Of a stretch of DNA of 64,000 bases, positions 47,172-56,502 are shown one piece after another (positions within the stretch are counted from its first letter, which is position 1; the number at the start of each line of letters is the position of its first letter). Below the pieces are notes generated by a model. That model was not told the DNA's origin and made no database searches. It saw only the letters and a program-made list of their open reading frames with translations. The DNA is from SAR202 cluster bacterium (GTDB taxonomy: Bacteria; Chloroflexota; Dehalococcoidia; Lucifugimonadales; GCA-2719675). The DNA is taken from contig VFGW01000008.1 of assembly GCA_009392295.1 (NCBI GenBank), positions 138,842 through 202,841 of the forward strand. The letters are read 5' to 3'. A program made the position numbers and the translations under genes.

Positions 47172-48434
47172 TTATTTTGAAGATTTTTTTAGGATAATTG
47201 ATTTGACTTTATATTTTTCCATTTCATCTATTTGAATTTGGTTACCAAGGTATTCAAATTGTTCTTTAGGCATAGGAATATGACCAAGATGCTCCAATAC
47301 GAAACCTGCTATAGTTTCAAAGTCACCATCAGGGAAATTAATTTCAAAGGTTTCTCTAGCATCAGTGATATCCATATTTCCATCAATTTTGAATGTAAAT
47401 TTGTCAATAGATTTATATTTTTCTTCAGGAGCTTCTCCTTCTTCCCCGACTTGTCCGGCTAATTCTGTCAAAAGATTTTTTAATGTGATTATTCCTGCAA
47501 TACCGCCAAATTCATCGACTATTATTGAGATTTGGTTGCCAGACATTCTTAAATTATTAAATAATTCACTGATTTTTTTAGTTTCAGGATAAAATATTGC
47601 AGGCCTTAGTTTTTGAGATATAAATTGTTGTAAATCTAATTTGTTTTCAGCGATTGATTTTAAAACATCTTTCGAAGAAATGATTCCTATAATATTTTCG
47701 GTTTCATTTTTATATACAGGAAATCTTGAATGAGTATTTTTGGAATAAATTGTTAAAAATTCTTCGAGTGAAGATTGTTGAGAGACGAACACAATTTCAT
47801 TTCTGGGAGTCATGATTTCTCTTGCTTGACGGTCGCCAAATTTAAAAACGTTTTCTAATAGTTCAGCTTCTTCAGGATCAAATGAACCTTCAGTTTCGCC
47901 AATATCAATTAATGTTCTTAATTCACTCTCGGTAATAGAGGGGGAGTCTATTTTTTGATTATTTTGGTTTAACATTTTTTGGCTGAGGAACTGAATAATT
48001 GATATAAGTGGATATAAACTGAATTCAATGAGTCTAAGTGGGTAAGTATAAATAAAAGCTACTTTTTCGGAATTTCTAACTGCAAAAGCTTTGGGTATTA
48101 CTTCACCAAAGAGTAGTAAAATTCCAGTTCCCAATCCTGTAGCAATTATTACTCCTGTGAATTCATTATTTATAAATTCCATTACTATCATTGTGATTAA
48201 AGAAGCAAAAAGAATATTTACTAAATTATTACCCAATAATATTGTCGCTAATAGGCGTTCAGGATGATCCAACATTTTTTGAACTTTTAATGCTTTTGGA
48301 TTTTTTAAACTAACTAAGTGTTGTAATCTGGGCGTGTTTTGCAAAGACAGAAACGCTGATTCAGCACTAGAGAAAAATGCTGAAAACCCTAAAGATATTA
48401 ATACTAGAACAATGTACCAATATGGTATGTCCAA
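47172..48434 (-). CDS. CNNM/DUF21 - CBS pair - CorC_HlyC protein (hemolysin/TlyC-like transporter family).
   Basis: The N-terminal four TM helices form a DUF21 domain. CBS regions follow, then a C-terminal CorC_HlyC pattern (TIAGFVLEHLGHIP). Confidence 0.85.
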   Translation of the reverse strand: MDIPYWYIVLVLISLGFSAFFSSAESAFLSLQNTPRLQHLVSLKNPKALKVQKMLDHPERLLATILLGNNLVNILFASLITMIVMEFINNEFTGVIIATGLGTGILLLFGEVIPKAFAVRNSEKVAFIYTYPLRLIEFSLYPLISIIQFLSQKMLNQNNQKIDSPSITESELRTLIDIGETEGSFDPEEAELLENVFKFGDRQAREIMTPRNEIVFVSQQSSLEEFLTIYSKNTHSRFPVYKNETENIIGIISSKDVLKSIAENKLDLQQFISQKLRPAIFYPETKKISELFNNLRMSGNQISIIVDEFGGIAGIITLKNLLTELAGQVGEEGEAPEEKYKSIDKFTFKIDGNMDITDARETFEINFPDGDFETIAGFVLEHLGHIPMPKEQFEYLGNQIQIDEMEKYKVKSIILKKSSK

Positions 48435-48576
48435 GGTCAGGCACCTTATTTTTAATTATTTATTTAATATTATAAAGTTAAATTGCTTTATTTGTGTAAG
48501 AAATATTATGATTTTATCATTATTTTTTACTAATCTGATTGGTAAAAAATGAAACAAATGATGTTCTTAAATTAGT

Positions 48577-48653
48577 TGGTGGGCCAGCGTGGATTCGAAC
48601 CACGGACCTCAGTCTTATCAGGACTGCACTCTAACCAGCTGAGCTACTGGCCC
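48577..48653 (-). tRNA. tRNA-Ile (anticodon GAU) with CCA encoded.
   Basis: Hand-folded cloverleaf: acceptor GGGCCAG/CTGGCCC, anticodon stem CAGTC/GACTG, loop CTGATAA, T arm CGTGG-TTCGAAT-CCACG. Confidence 0.9.
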
Positions 48654-48756
48654 AAATAATTTAAGTAATAATATCCTATATGAGTATTGAAAAATATGGA
48701 ATATTAATTTTACATAATTAAATAATTAATTAACTAGGATATTAAATATTGCTGTA

Positions 48757-49548
48757 TTAAAGTTTTAAATTCAGAAGTCTTTTAGCATTTTCACCTAGAA
48801 TTTTAATTTTAATATCTTCAGATAATGTTGAAGTAGTTACTTTTGCAATTTGTTGTCTAGCATCCATTAATGTCATGTCTGTTCCAAAAAGTACTCGATC
48901 TTCTCCTGCTGCATCTACAGCTGCTTCAATACAATTTAATGCAGTACCTGAGCTACAAGTTTCTAAATACACCTGAGGGATTTCTTTAGCTGCTTCTCCT
49001 GCAGCGCTATGGATAAAAAATGGATTTTTATCTGATGAAGTAACTTCTGAACCCCCGGAATGTGCTAATACCCATTTAATATTTGGGAATCTATTGGATA
49101 GATTTGTAAATCTTTCTGTAATATTTAATTCAGGTGGATCAAATGGAAATTTTGCATGCATCATAATTGCTAGTTTTCTATCATTAGCAAATTCGTATGC
49201 CGGGAAATAAGCAGGGTCATCATTGGCTTTTTGGAAATAATCAGGATAAGTTTTAATGAAAGCAGACCCTATTTGGTCGAAACATCTTTCGAGTTCTTCA
49301 ATTACGTTTTCGGGATAATGTGGATTTACGTAAGCTACGTGTATAAATCTATTTGGATATTTTGAAACAAACGTTTCAGCGATGTCATTTCCAATCCTAG
49401 AATCTCCATGAAAAATACAGTTAATACATGATATATCTATACCAGCCTTGTCCATTACACGAACATATGAATCGATATTATCGTCCATGGTATATCTGCT
49501 CCAATTACCAGCATGTGAATGAAAATCAATTACATGATTATTTTTCAT
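48757..49548 (-). CDS. Amidohydrolase_2 (ACMSD-like TIM-barrel metal hydrolase/decarboxylase) family protein.
   Basis: Motifs seen: VIDFHSHAG (DxHxH), LAHSGG and LFGTDM. Confidence 0.8.
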   Translation of the reverse strand: MKNNHVIDFHSHAGNWSRYTMDDNIDSYVRVMDKAGIDISCINCIFHGDSRIGNDIAETFVSKYPNRFIHVAYVNPHYPENVIEELERCFDQIGSAFIKTYPDYFQKANDDPAYFPAYEFANDRKLAIMMHAKFPFDPPELNITERFTNLSNRFPNIKWVLAHSGGSEVTSSDKNPFFIHSAAGEAAKEIPQVYLETCSSGTALNCIEAAVDAAGEDRVLFGTDMTLMDARQQIAKVTTSTLSEDIKIKILGENAKRLLNLKL

Positions 49549-50311
49549 TTTTTATTCCTAAAAGTTTAATTGTATTTTGTCCTAAAATTTGTTTTTTTTC
49601 TTTTTCAGTAATTTTAGATGTTATTATTCTAGCGATTTGATTTCGAGCGTCAAATAATGGCATGTCAGATCCGAATAAGATTTTTTTAGCTCCGACATTT
49701 GATACTAGTGTTTCAATTCCTCCGACTGTATCATGACTGCCCGCAGTATCTATATATACTTTGGGGACTTTGTTCACAGCTTCAATAATTTCTTCTCGGC
49801 CTTTTCTGCCTCCGGTTCCGCCATGTGCCATAACCCATGAAATACCAGGGAATTTATCAGCTAATTCACTATATCTATCGACTAGTGTAGGCCTGTTAGT
49901 TTCAAAAGTTTCAGACGCATGACTCATAATAACTTTTTTGTTGTCGCTACACCATTTAAAAATTTTTTCATATCCAGGGTTATCAAGAGGGCGTTGGTAA
50001 TATGTAGGATATATTTTTAAGAATTTAGCTCCAAGTTCTCCGAAACATCTTTCGAGTTCTTCAATTAAATCATCTTGATAATGAGGAGTAACAAATGCAA
50101 CAGGAATAAATCTATCAGGGTTTTGTTTTACTACGGATGCAACTATATCATTTCCTATTGAAGCGTTTCCAAAAAAAATGCAGTTTACGCATGCTAAGTC
50201 AACACCGCTAAGGTCCATAATTCTTAAGTATCGATCAATTAGATCATCTATTCTAGGCCAACCCCAACGAGCTAGGTGGCAGTGGAAATCAATAATTTTT
50301 GTTTCTGACAA
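49538..50311 (-). CDS. Amidohydrolase_2 family protein, paralogue of 48757-49548.
   Basis: Motifs seen: IIDFHCHLA, MAHGG and LFGSDMP. It overlaps the downstream gene by 11 nt. Confidence 0.8.
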   Translation of the reverse strand: MSETKIIDFHCHLARWGWPRIDDLIDRYLRIMDLSGVDLACVNCIFFGNASIGNDIVASVVKQNPDRFIPVAFVTPHYQDDLIEELERCFGELGAKFLKIYPTYYQRPLDNPGYEKIFKWCSDNKKVIMSHASETFETNRPTLVDRYSELADKFPGISWVMAHGGTGGRKGREEIIEAVNKVPKVYIDTAGSHDTVGGIETLVSNVGAKKILFGSDMPLFDARNQIARIITSKITEKEKKQILGQNTIKLLGIKNEK

Positions 50312-50334
50312 TTTTTTTACCTATAATTAAAAAT

Positions 50335-51111
50335 TTATGTTCGTTCAAGTAAAGCTTTAACATTTTTATGACATATATCCTCTAAAATATTTTTTTGTAA
50401 TTCAGATTGATGTATGGAATAAAGCTGTCTGCCGAAGTTATTTTCTGGGAATCCAGATCCATATAATACTCTTTCATGCCCAAGGCGTTCTATTAGTTCT
50501 TCTATAGCACCAGTACCAATAAATTGGGAAATTTCTATATGGCAATTTGGCAGAGCTTCAAGCAATTGATAAATCCAACTGTATTTATAATGAACATCTG
50601 CAATTACTACCTGCAGCTTTGGATATTGACGAATTGTCTGGTGCAATTCACTTGGATTAACAGGAGGTTCAGTACTAAGAAATTCATATGATATGGGTAG
50701 CCATAGCGGGATTTTTTCTTCTTGAAGCCAATTAAGCCATGGTTTAACAATCCAATTTTCAAATGGATATTGGTGAACGCTTGGCGTCATTCTAACAGAA
50801 GATATTTTATTTCTATCAACTTCTTGTTGAAATTGTTCTAAGTTGTCCCAAGTTGGGTTAAAAACGAATTGAGGTATCAGTCGTTTATTAGAATTTATTA
50901 GGTCTAGTAGGTAATTGTTACCATCTCGTGAATCAAATCCAACTGCATGAGGTGAATATACTACAGCTTTTTCAATTTTCAGACGATCCATTTCTTCAAT
51001 TGTTTGATCTGCATTATCAACGCTAACTTTAAAGTCATGCCTAGGGCCTAAAGAAGCATTGGAGTCCCAAACTTTTACTTTAGGGTTGAAATCTAATTCT
51101 ATGTTTCCCAA
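50335..51111 (-). CDS. Amidohydrolase_2-like protein with degenerate metal-binding motifs.
   Basis: It matches the two neighbours in length and layout. It has VWDSNAS where they have DFHxH, and LYGSGFP where they have LFG(T/S)DM. Confidence 0.6.
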   Translation of the reverse strand: MGNIELDFNPKVKVWDSNASLGPRHDFKVSVDNADQTIEEMDRLKIEKAVVYSPHAVGFDSRDGNNYLLDLINSNKRLIPQFVFNPTWDNLEQFQQEVDRNKISSVRMTPSVHQYPFENWIVKPWLNWLQEEKIPLWLPISYEFLSTEPPVNPSELHQTIRQYPKLQVVIADVHYKYSWIYQLLEALPNCHIEISQFIGTGAIEELIERLGHERVLYGSGFPENNFGRQLYSIHQSELQKNILEDICHKNVKALLERT

Positions 51112-51244
51112 TTTTTTTCTCTGATTTACTTTTCACTATTTGAATTATTAGTTATGATACAAACGTTGATGCTGAGTGTAGCAATCAGTACTTAATCAGT
51201 CAACATATCTATCGATCGATAATGTGGATAATTTGGCGATGAAT

Positions 51245-51925
51245 TTATTTTGATTGTTTGACCTTGATGAATTTGATAAGAATTATAATAATTAATGCTT
51301 CAACTATAGTTGCTATGGCTATATATACAGTTGAATCGTAAAAGAAATTAGGGTTAAAGATCTTGATAAGATAATCTTTGTTTGGATCTAAAATCCATAA
51401 GTCATTTGTGAAACTCAGTTGATGAAAGAGTATAAATATTTGATCAAAAGCAAATAAAATACCTATTCCAATCAATAATATTCCTCCAATAGTTAATGAA
51501 GACCCTAGTAATAAATTCCGCTTCAATGTTTTTTTTCTAAATATCAAATCTATTGAGAAAATTAATAGTAATAAAAACCCTGTAATTAATTGGGTTGAAT
51601 AAGTTGTTTTAACAAGTTTCTTAACATCAAACATATGGGCAATTTCGCGATCATTAAATAAGGGTTGTTTAATACCATTAATAAAAGTTTCTATATTTAA
51701 ATAATCTTGGTTATTATTGAAGTAATATCTGATTTGCTCGGAAATAGATAGCAATTCTTGTTTTTTGATGTTTGTTTTAGATGGGATATCCATTTTATTG
51801 AATTCAATCGAATATATAAATGGGGAATTGATTAGCAAGCGCGTGTTAGTAGTAATTAAAAATATCGGGATAGATAAAATGAATAAAATATTGGCAAATA
51901 TTTTTAGAGTTTTAAAAGTTTTCAT
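51245..51925 (-). CDS. TIGR01906/DUF1461-family integral membrane protein.
   Basis: An N-terminal TM helix is followed by an extracytoplasmic block containing REIAHMFDVKKL, then C-terminal TM helices. Confidence 0.65.
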   Translation of the reverse strand: MKTFKTLKIFANILFILSIPIFLITTNTRLLINSPFIYSIEFNKMDIPSKTNIKKQELLSISEQIRYYFNNNQDYLNIETFINGIKQPLFNDREIAHMFDVKKLVKTTYSTQLITGFLLLLIFSIDLIFRKKTLKRNLLLGSSLTIGGILLIGIGILFAFDQIFILFHQLSFTNDLWILDPNKDYLIKIFNPNFFYDSTVYIAIATIVEALIIIILIKFIKVKQSK

Positions 51926-52029
51926 ATAAATTTTTTTATTATATTTGGCAGGAAATTTGTATTTTAAAATTTTATAGTTATTATAGTTTAAACTTGTGTT
52001 CCTAAAAAGTACATTATAGGAGATATATT

Positions 52030-52818
52030 ATGAAGCAATCTTTAAATTTTGAGTCTTCTTTTGCAGGATTATCAAATTTAATTTCAACTCTATTAAGTTC
52101 TAATGGATGTCCATGGGACAAAAAACAGTCACTTAAGGATTTACAAAGGTATTTTATTGAAGAATCTTATGAATTATTAGAAGCGATTGATTTAGAGGAT
52201 AATGAAAATATTAAGGAAGAGTTAGGAGATGTTACGTTTAATATATGTTTTATGATGCATCTTACAAAAAATCTTTTTCAATTTGGGCAGGATGAGATTT
52301 TTGGTGATTTAATAAAAAAAATTATTAATAGGCATCCTCACGTTTTTAAAGAAGTAAATGAAAATATTAAAGTTAATGAAATAATGTCTAATTGGGACGA
52401 TATTAAAGGTGAAGAAAGAGGTGCGAAATTTATATTCGAATCTAATTCACCAAGATTATTACCTGCTCTAGTAAATAGTTTAAATATTCAAGAGAAGGCT
52501 GCAAGATTTGGTTTTGATTGGGAAAATATTAATGATGTTGAAGGGCAATTAAAAGGAGAGCTTGAAGAATTTAATAAGGCTAGCAATGATTTAGAAAAAG
52601 AATTAGAGATGGGAGATGTATTTTTTTCTATGGTAAATTTAGCTAGATGGAACAATATAGACCCTGAAGCGTCTTTAAGGAAAGCAAATCAGAGGTTTTA
52701 CAGAAGATTAATCGAAGTTGAACGAATATGTAATGAACGTAAAATCGATATAAGATCTCTTAACATAAATGAACGTGATGATTTTTGGGAAGAAGCAAAA
52801 AATAATCTTAGAAATTAA
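52030..52818 (+). CDS. mazG: Nucleoside triphosphate pyrophosphohydrolase MazG (tandem MazG domains).
   Basis: EESYELLEAI and EELGDV are present, and the second domain has ELEEF...EMGDVFFSMVNLAR. Confidence 0.9.
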   Translation: MKQSLNFESSFAGLSNLISTLLSSNGCPWDKKQSLKDLQRYFIEESYELLEAIDLEDNENIKEELGDVTFNICFMMHLTKNLFQFGQDEIFGDLIKKIINRHPHVFKEVNENIKVNEIMSNWDDIKGEERGAKFIFESNSPRLLPALVNSLNIQEKAARFGFDWENINDVEGQLKGELEEFNKASNDLEKELEMGDVFFSMVNLARWNNIDPEASLRKANQRFYRRLIEVERICNERKIDIRSLNINERDDFWEEAKNNLRN

Positions 52819-52827
52819 TTGGTAATT

Positions 52828-53367
52828 TTATGTTAGATCTTCTGTATTGAGAGTTTCTATGAACTCTGAGTATGCGGACAAATTTTTTACTTCTTCTTCA
52901 GAAATTGGCGAAAATGAATTTTTTGGATTTGATAGATCTGTATCGATTTTGACATCATCTGTGTTTACTTCCATTTTAACTCCAGCTTTTTCTATGACCT
53001 CATTAACTGCAAAAATCGGAGATTCAGTGCGGACTGCTAACGCAATTGCATCACTAGGTCGGCAATCAATTTCTATTATCGAATTTTGTTTAATAAGCTC
53101 AATTTTTGCAAAAAAAGTATTTTCATCAATTCCAGAAATTATGATCTTATTTACATTGGCATCTAATTTTGTTATCACATCATTGAGTAAATCATGTGTT
53201 AAAGGCCTAGGAGCAGATATATCCTGTAATTTATATGCAATAGAATCAGCTTCATGGGATCCAATCCAAATCGGAAGATATTTTCCAGTTTCTTTAACTC
53301 GTAAAATTACTACTCTTTGATAATTTACGAGACTCACTCTTATGCTTTCTATAATCATTTCATACAT
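52828..53367 (-). CDS. Bifunctional nuclease (BFN/DUF151) domain protein.
   Basis: Motifs seen: LPIWIGSHEADSIAYKL and RPLTHDL. AAAGGTG lies 6 nt upstream of ATG 53367. The ORF track starts 17 codons earlier. Confidence 0.8.
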   Translation of the reverse strand: MYEMIIESIRVSLVNYQRVVILRVKETGKYLPIWIGSHEADSIAYKLQDISAPRPLTHDLLNDVITKLDANVNKIIISGIDENTFFAKIELIKQNSIIEIDCRPSDAIALAVRTESPIFAVNEVIEKAGVKMEVNTDDVKIDTDLSNPKNSFSPISEEEVKNLSAYSEFIETLNTEDLT

Positions 53368-53491
53368 TAGATACACCTTTTGCAGAAATATTTTATGTTT
53401 AAGGTTTTTATGTGTCAAACAAAAACAGATACTATTATGGGATACAATTTTTGATTATTTAAATAAATTTCGAACTAGAAATGATTTTTGT

Positions 53492-54292
53492 TTATCTATA
53501 AGAATTGATTTCTAAATTCATTTTTCTTGCTTCTTGTTCAATATTGTGAGCTGATTGACCATTTTCAGGATAAATTATAGATCTAGAAGAACTTATAATA
53601 ATATTATCAGGGTATGTTGATAGTGTTTTCTTAATATCCCCACCTTGTTTGCCTATTCCAGGTACAAGTATTTTCATATTTGGGCAAATTGATTGAATTT
53701 CTTTGAGATGGTTATGATAAGTTCCACCTACAACTAGTCCCACATTGTGATTTTGATTCCATTGTATAGATTTTTGAGCAAGAGTTTTATAAAATGGCTG
53801 AGTTTTTTTAGTTAGGTCAATAACATTTAAATCTTGTAAATCTTTTGAGCTTGGATTAGATGACTTGCACCAAATGAAGATTCCTTTTTCTTTGTAGTTT
53901 AAAAAAGGTTTAATAGAATCTTCTCCTGCAAAAGCATTAATTGTGCAAGCATCGAATTTCCAAGTATCAAAAATAGCTTTAGCGTACATTTCGCTGCTAG
54001 AAGAAATATCTCCTCTTTTACCATCTCCTACAATTGGAATATGTGGGGTTGTTTTTTTAATAAAAGAAATTATTTCTTCCATATTTTTGATACCTAAAGA
54101 GCCATAAATTTCGAAGAAAGATAAATTTATTTTATAAGCGCATACAAAATTATTAGTTGATCGAATTATTTTTTTTGCATAACTAACCAAATTACTTTGT
54201 GGAGTTATATTAGGATGAATATCTAAACCTACACACAAGATACTTGAGTTTTTTTTAGATGAAAAATCTAATTTTTCTGAGAAAGAATTCAT
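53492..54292 (-). CDS. pyrF: Orotidine 5'-phosphate decarboxylase (type 2).
   Basis: LCVGLDIHP and DGKRGDISSS are present. Confidence 0.9.
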   Translation of the reverse strand: MNSFSEKLDFSSKKNSSILCVGLDIHPNITPQSNLVSYAKKIIRSTNNFVCAYKINLSFFEIYGSLGIKNMEEIISFIKKTTPHIPIVGDGKRGDISSSSEMYAKAIFDTWKFDACTINAFAGEDSIKPFLNYKEKGIFIWCKSSNPSSKDLQDLNVIDLTKKTQPFYKTLAQKSIQWNQNHNVGLVVGGTYHNHLKEIQSICPNMKILVPGIGKQGGDIKKTLSTYPDNIIISSSRSIIYPENGQSAHNIEQEARKMNLEINSYR

Positions 54293-54371
54293 TTTTATAT
54301 TTTTAATTTTATACAGTATTAATTTATGAGTAAATTATAATAGTTTTAAAATCTATATTGAAATATATATT

Positions 54372-56456
54372 TTAGACTTGTTCATTATTTTTTAACATTA
54401 CATCTCTAGGTTTTGAACCATCTCCAGGGCCTACTATGCCTTCAGTTTCTAATTCATCCATTAATCTGGCAGCTCTTGGGTATCCTATTCTTAATTTTCT
54501 TTGAAGTAATGAAGTAGATAATTTTTTGTGCATTTGGGCAAGCTCTATTGATTTTTGTATTAAGTCATCATCTTCAGATAGTTTTTCAGTAGTTGAGTAT
54601 TCATTAATTTCATTGTTTTGAATTTTATTAATTGTAAGTGAAATATTTTCTAATTCAGGCCAAGTCGATGATTGCCAAGATTGCACGATGTCTTTAATTT
54701 CTTTATCAGATAAGAATGCTCCTTGGATTCGTTCAGGTTTAGATCCTTCACGAGCAAGATATAACATATCTCCCTTTCCTAACAATTTTTCTGCACCGTT
54801 AGAATCTAATATAGTTCTAGAATCAATTTGTGATGTAACGCTAAAGCTTATTCTACTTGGAAAGTTTGCTTTGATTAATCCAGTGATCACATCTACAGAT
54901 GGTCTTTGGGTTGCTATAATTAGATGAATTCCGGTGGCCCTTCCAAGTTGTGCTAGCCTACATAGAGCTTGCTCTATTTCAAAAGATGATGTCATCATAA
55001 GGTCAGCTAATTCATCTACAGCTATTAATAGGTAGGGCATTTTATGTTCAGATTGTTGGTTATATGAAATGATGTTTCTAGCACCTAATTCCTCCATTTT
55101 TTTATATCTATTTTGCATTTCTTGAATTAAGGCTTTTAAAACAGCAACAACTTGATCAGTTTCTACTAGTACAGGAGAAATTAGATGAGGAATTCCGTTA
55201 TACGGCGTTAACTCTACCCGTTTAGGGTCTATAAGTAATAGCCTTAATGTTTCTGGAGTGTTTTGCATTATTAAGCAGGATAATAAAGAATTTATAAATA
55301 CACTTTTACCACTTCCTGTAGATCCAGCAATAAGTAAATGAGGCATTTGGCTTAAGTCGTTAACCTTTGTTTCACCTGCGCTACCTTTACCAAAAACAAC
55401 TGGTAATTGAGCTTTAGATTTTAGATTTAGAAAAGGTTTACTTTCCATTATTCGCCTTAAAGTTACTAGATTAGGTTTGGGATTTGGTACTTCTATTCCA
55501 ATTAATGATTCTCCCATTACGGGGGTTTCAATTCTAATGCTTGGTGTTTTGAGTGCGAGAGCTAAATCTTTTTCTCTAGAAAGAATACTGTCTACTTTAA
55601 CTCGGGTTTTTGTTTCAATTTCGTGAGTGTCTGAGATTGCGATTTCGTTATTATTTTTTCCAGATTTATATTTTTTGATCCAGCCAGGGATAATTCCATA
55701 CATAGTTACTGTGGGGCCCGGTTGGATTTTCCCAATTTCAACATCCACATTATAATCAGCCAGAGTTTTTTTAATTGTTTGCGCAGTTTTGTCAATGTTT
55801 TCTTTTGAAATTCCTATTTGTTCGAAGTCGTCTAACAGATTTAAGTTAGGCAGTTGCCATTTTATTGGAGGTTTTGCTTCAGATTCAGAATGATAATATT
55901 TTGGTTTTGTTATTGGTTGTGAATCTTGATTAAAATTATTGTTTTGTTTTTCATTTTGAATATTTAGTTTTTGTTGAATAAGTTCTGGGTTATTTGATCC
56001 TGAATCATCAGAATTGTCAGGGTTTGAATTTTCATTAAATATTTGTGCTTTTGTTTTGATTTGGGGGTTTTTATAGTTTAGTAAGGTTTGGATTTTCTTA
56101 AGATGTATATTGAAATTCATTATTGATTTATTGGGGACAATTAAGCTTAATGCTATTCCAGTTATTAAAATTTGTATGATTGTGAGCTGCCAGGACCACA
56201 AATTTGAAATGCTTTCCCCTAGTTTACCGCCTAATGGAACTTCTCCGCTTACTGTAAAAAGACTTAATGGCCCTGAGTAAAACTCTAAAGGTGCAATAAT
56301 AATCATTAGTGAAAATGAAAGGATTAAGTACGAAATTATCGATTTTATTTTTTTGAGTAAATTTTTAAACTTAATTGCTATTATAGAAATAATTAACAAC
56401 CAAATTAAAATAGGTATTAAATTGATGCCAACAGCCAGGAATATATTTTCTATCAA
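54372..56456 (-). CDS. ftsK: DNA translocase FtsK/SpoIIIE.
   Basis: N-terminal TM helices and a linker precede the motor (Walker A GSTGSGKS, ATQRPS) and a C-terminal gamma winged helix (LLQRKLRIGYPRAARLMD). Confidence 0.9.
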   Translation of the reverse strand: MIENIFLAVGINLIPILIWLLIISIIAIKFKNLLKKIKSIISYLILSFSLMIIIAPLEFYSGPLSLFTVSGEVPLGGKLGESISNLWSWQLTIIQILITGIALSLIVPNKSIMNFNIHLKKIQTLLNYKNPQIKTKAQIFNENSNPDNSDDSGSNNPELIQQKLNIQNEKQNNNFNQDSQPITKPKYYHSESEAKPPIKWQLPNLNLLDDFEQIGISKENIDKTAQTIKKTLADYNVDVEIGKIQPGPTVTMYGIIPGWIKKYKSGKNNNEIAISDTHEIETKTRVKVDSILSREKDLALALKTPSIRIETPVMGESLIGIEVPNPKPNLVTLRRIMESKPFLNLKSKAQLPVVFGKGSAGETKVNDLSQMPHLLIAGSTGSGKSVFINSLLSCLIMQNTPETLRLLLIDPKRVELTPYNGIPHLISPVLVETDQVVAVLKALIQEMQNRYKKMEELGARNIISYNQQSEHKMPYLLIAVDELADLMMTSSFEIEQALCRLAQLGRATGIHLIIATQRPSVDVITGLIKANFPSRISFSVTSQIDSRTILDSNGAEKLLGKGDMLYLAREGSKPERIQGAFLSDKEIKDIVQSWQSSTWPELENISLTINKIQNNEINEYSTTEKLSEDDDLIQKSIELAQMHKKLSTSLLQRKLRIGYPRAARLMDELETEGIVGPGDGSKPRDVMLKNNEQV

Positions 56457-56502
56457 TTTGTTATCCTACTTAACTGTTAAATTGATTTTTACTAAGAAGT
56501 TA

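Noticed and set aside
51210-51231. A perfect 12-bp palindrome TATCGATCGATA, followed one base later by a perfect DnaA-box 9-mer TGTGGATAA, in the spacer upstream of the amidohydrolase_2 array.
   Set aside because: A single 9-mer match is roughly expected by chance in 64 kb read on both strands. There is no cluster of boxes, no dnaA/dnaN and no AT-rich unwinding element pattern nearby. It could be an operator, but I have no supporting evidence.
52847-53320. A long (157 aa) ORF antisense to the BFN nuclease gene. This is conspicuous in an AT-rich genome, where stop codons are frequent.
   Set aside because: The translation is Ser-rich and featureless, with no convincing RBS. The opposite strand carries clear BFN motifs (LPIWIG, RPLTHDL). 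It is most likely a codon-complement artefact of an acidic, Lys-rich gene.
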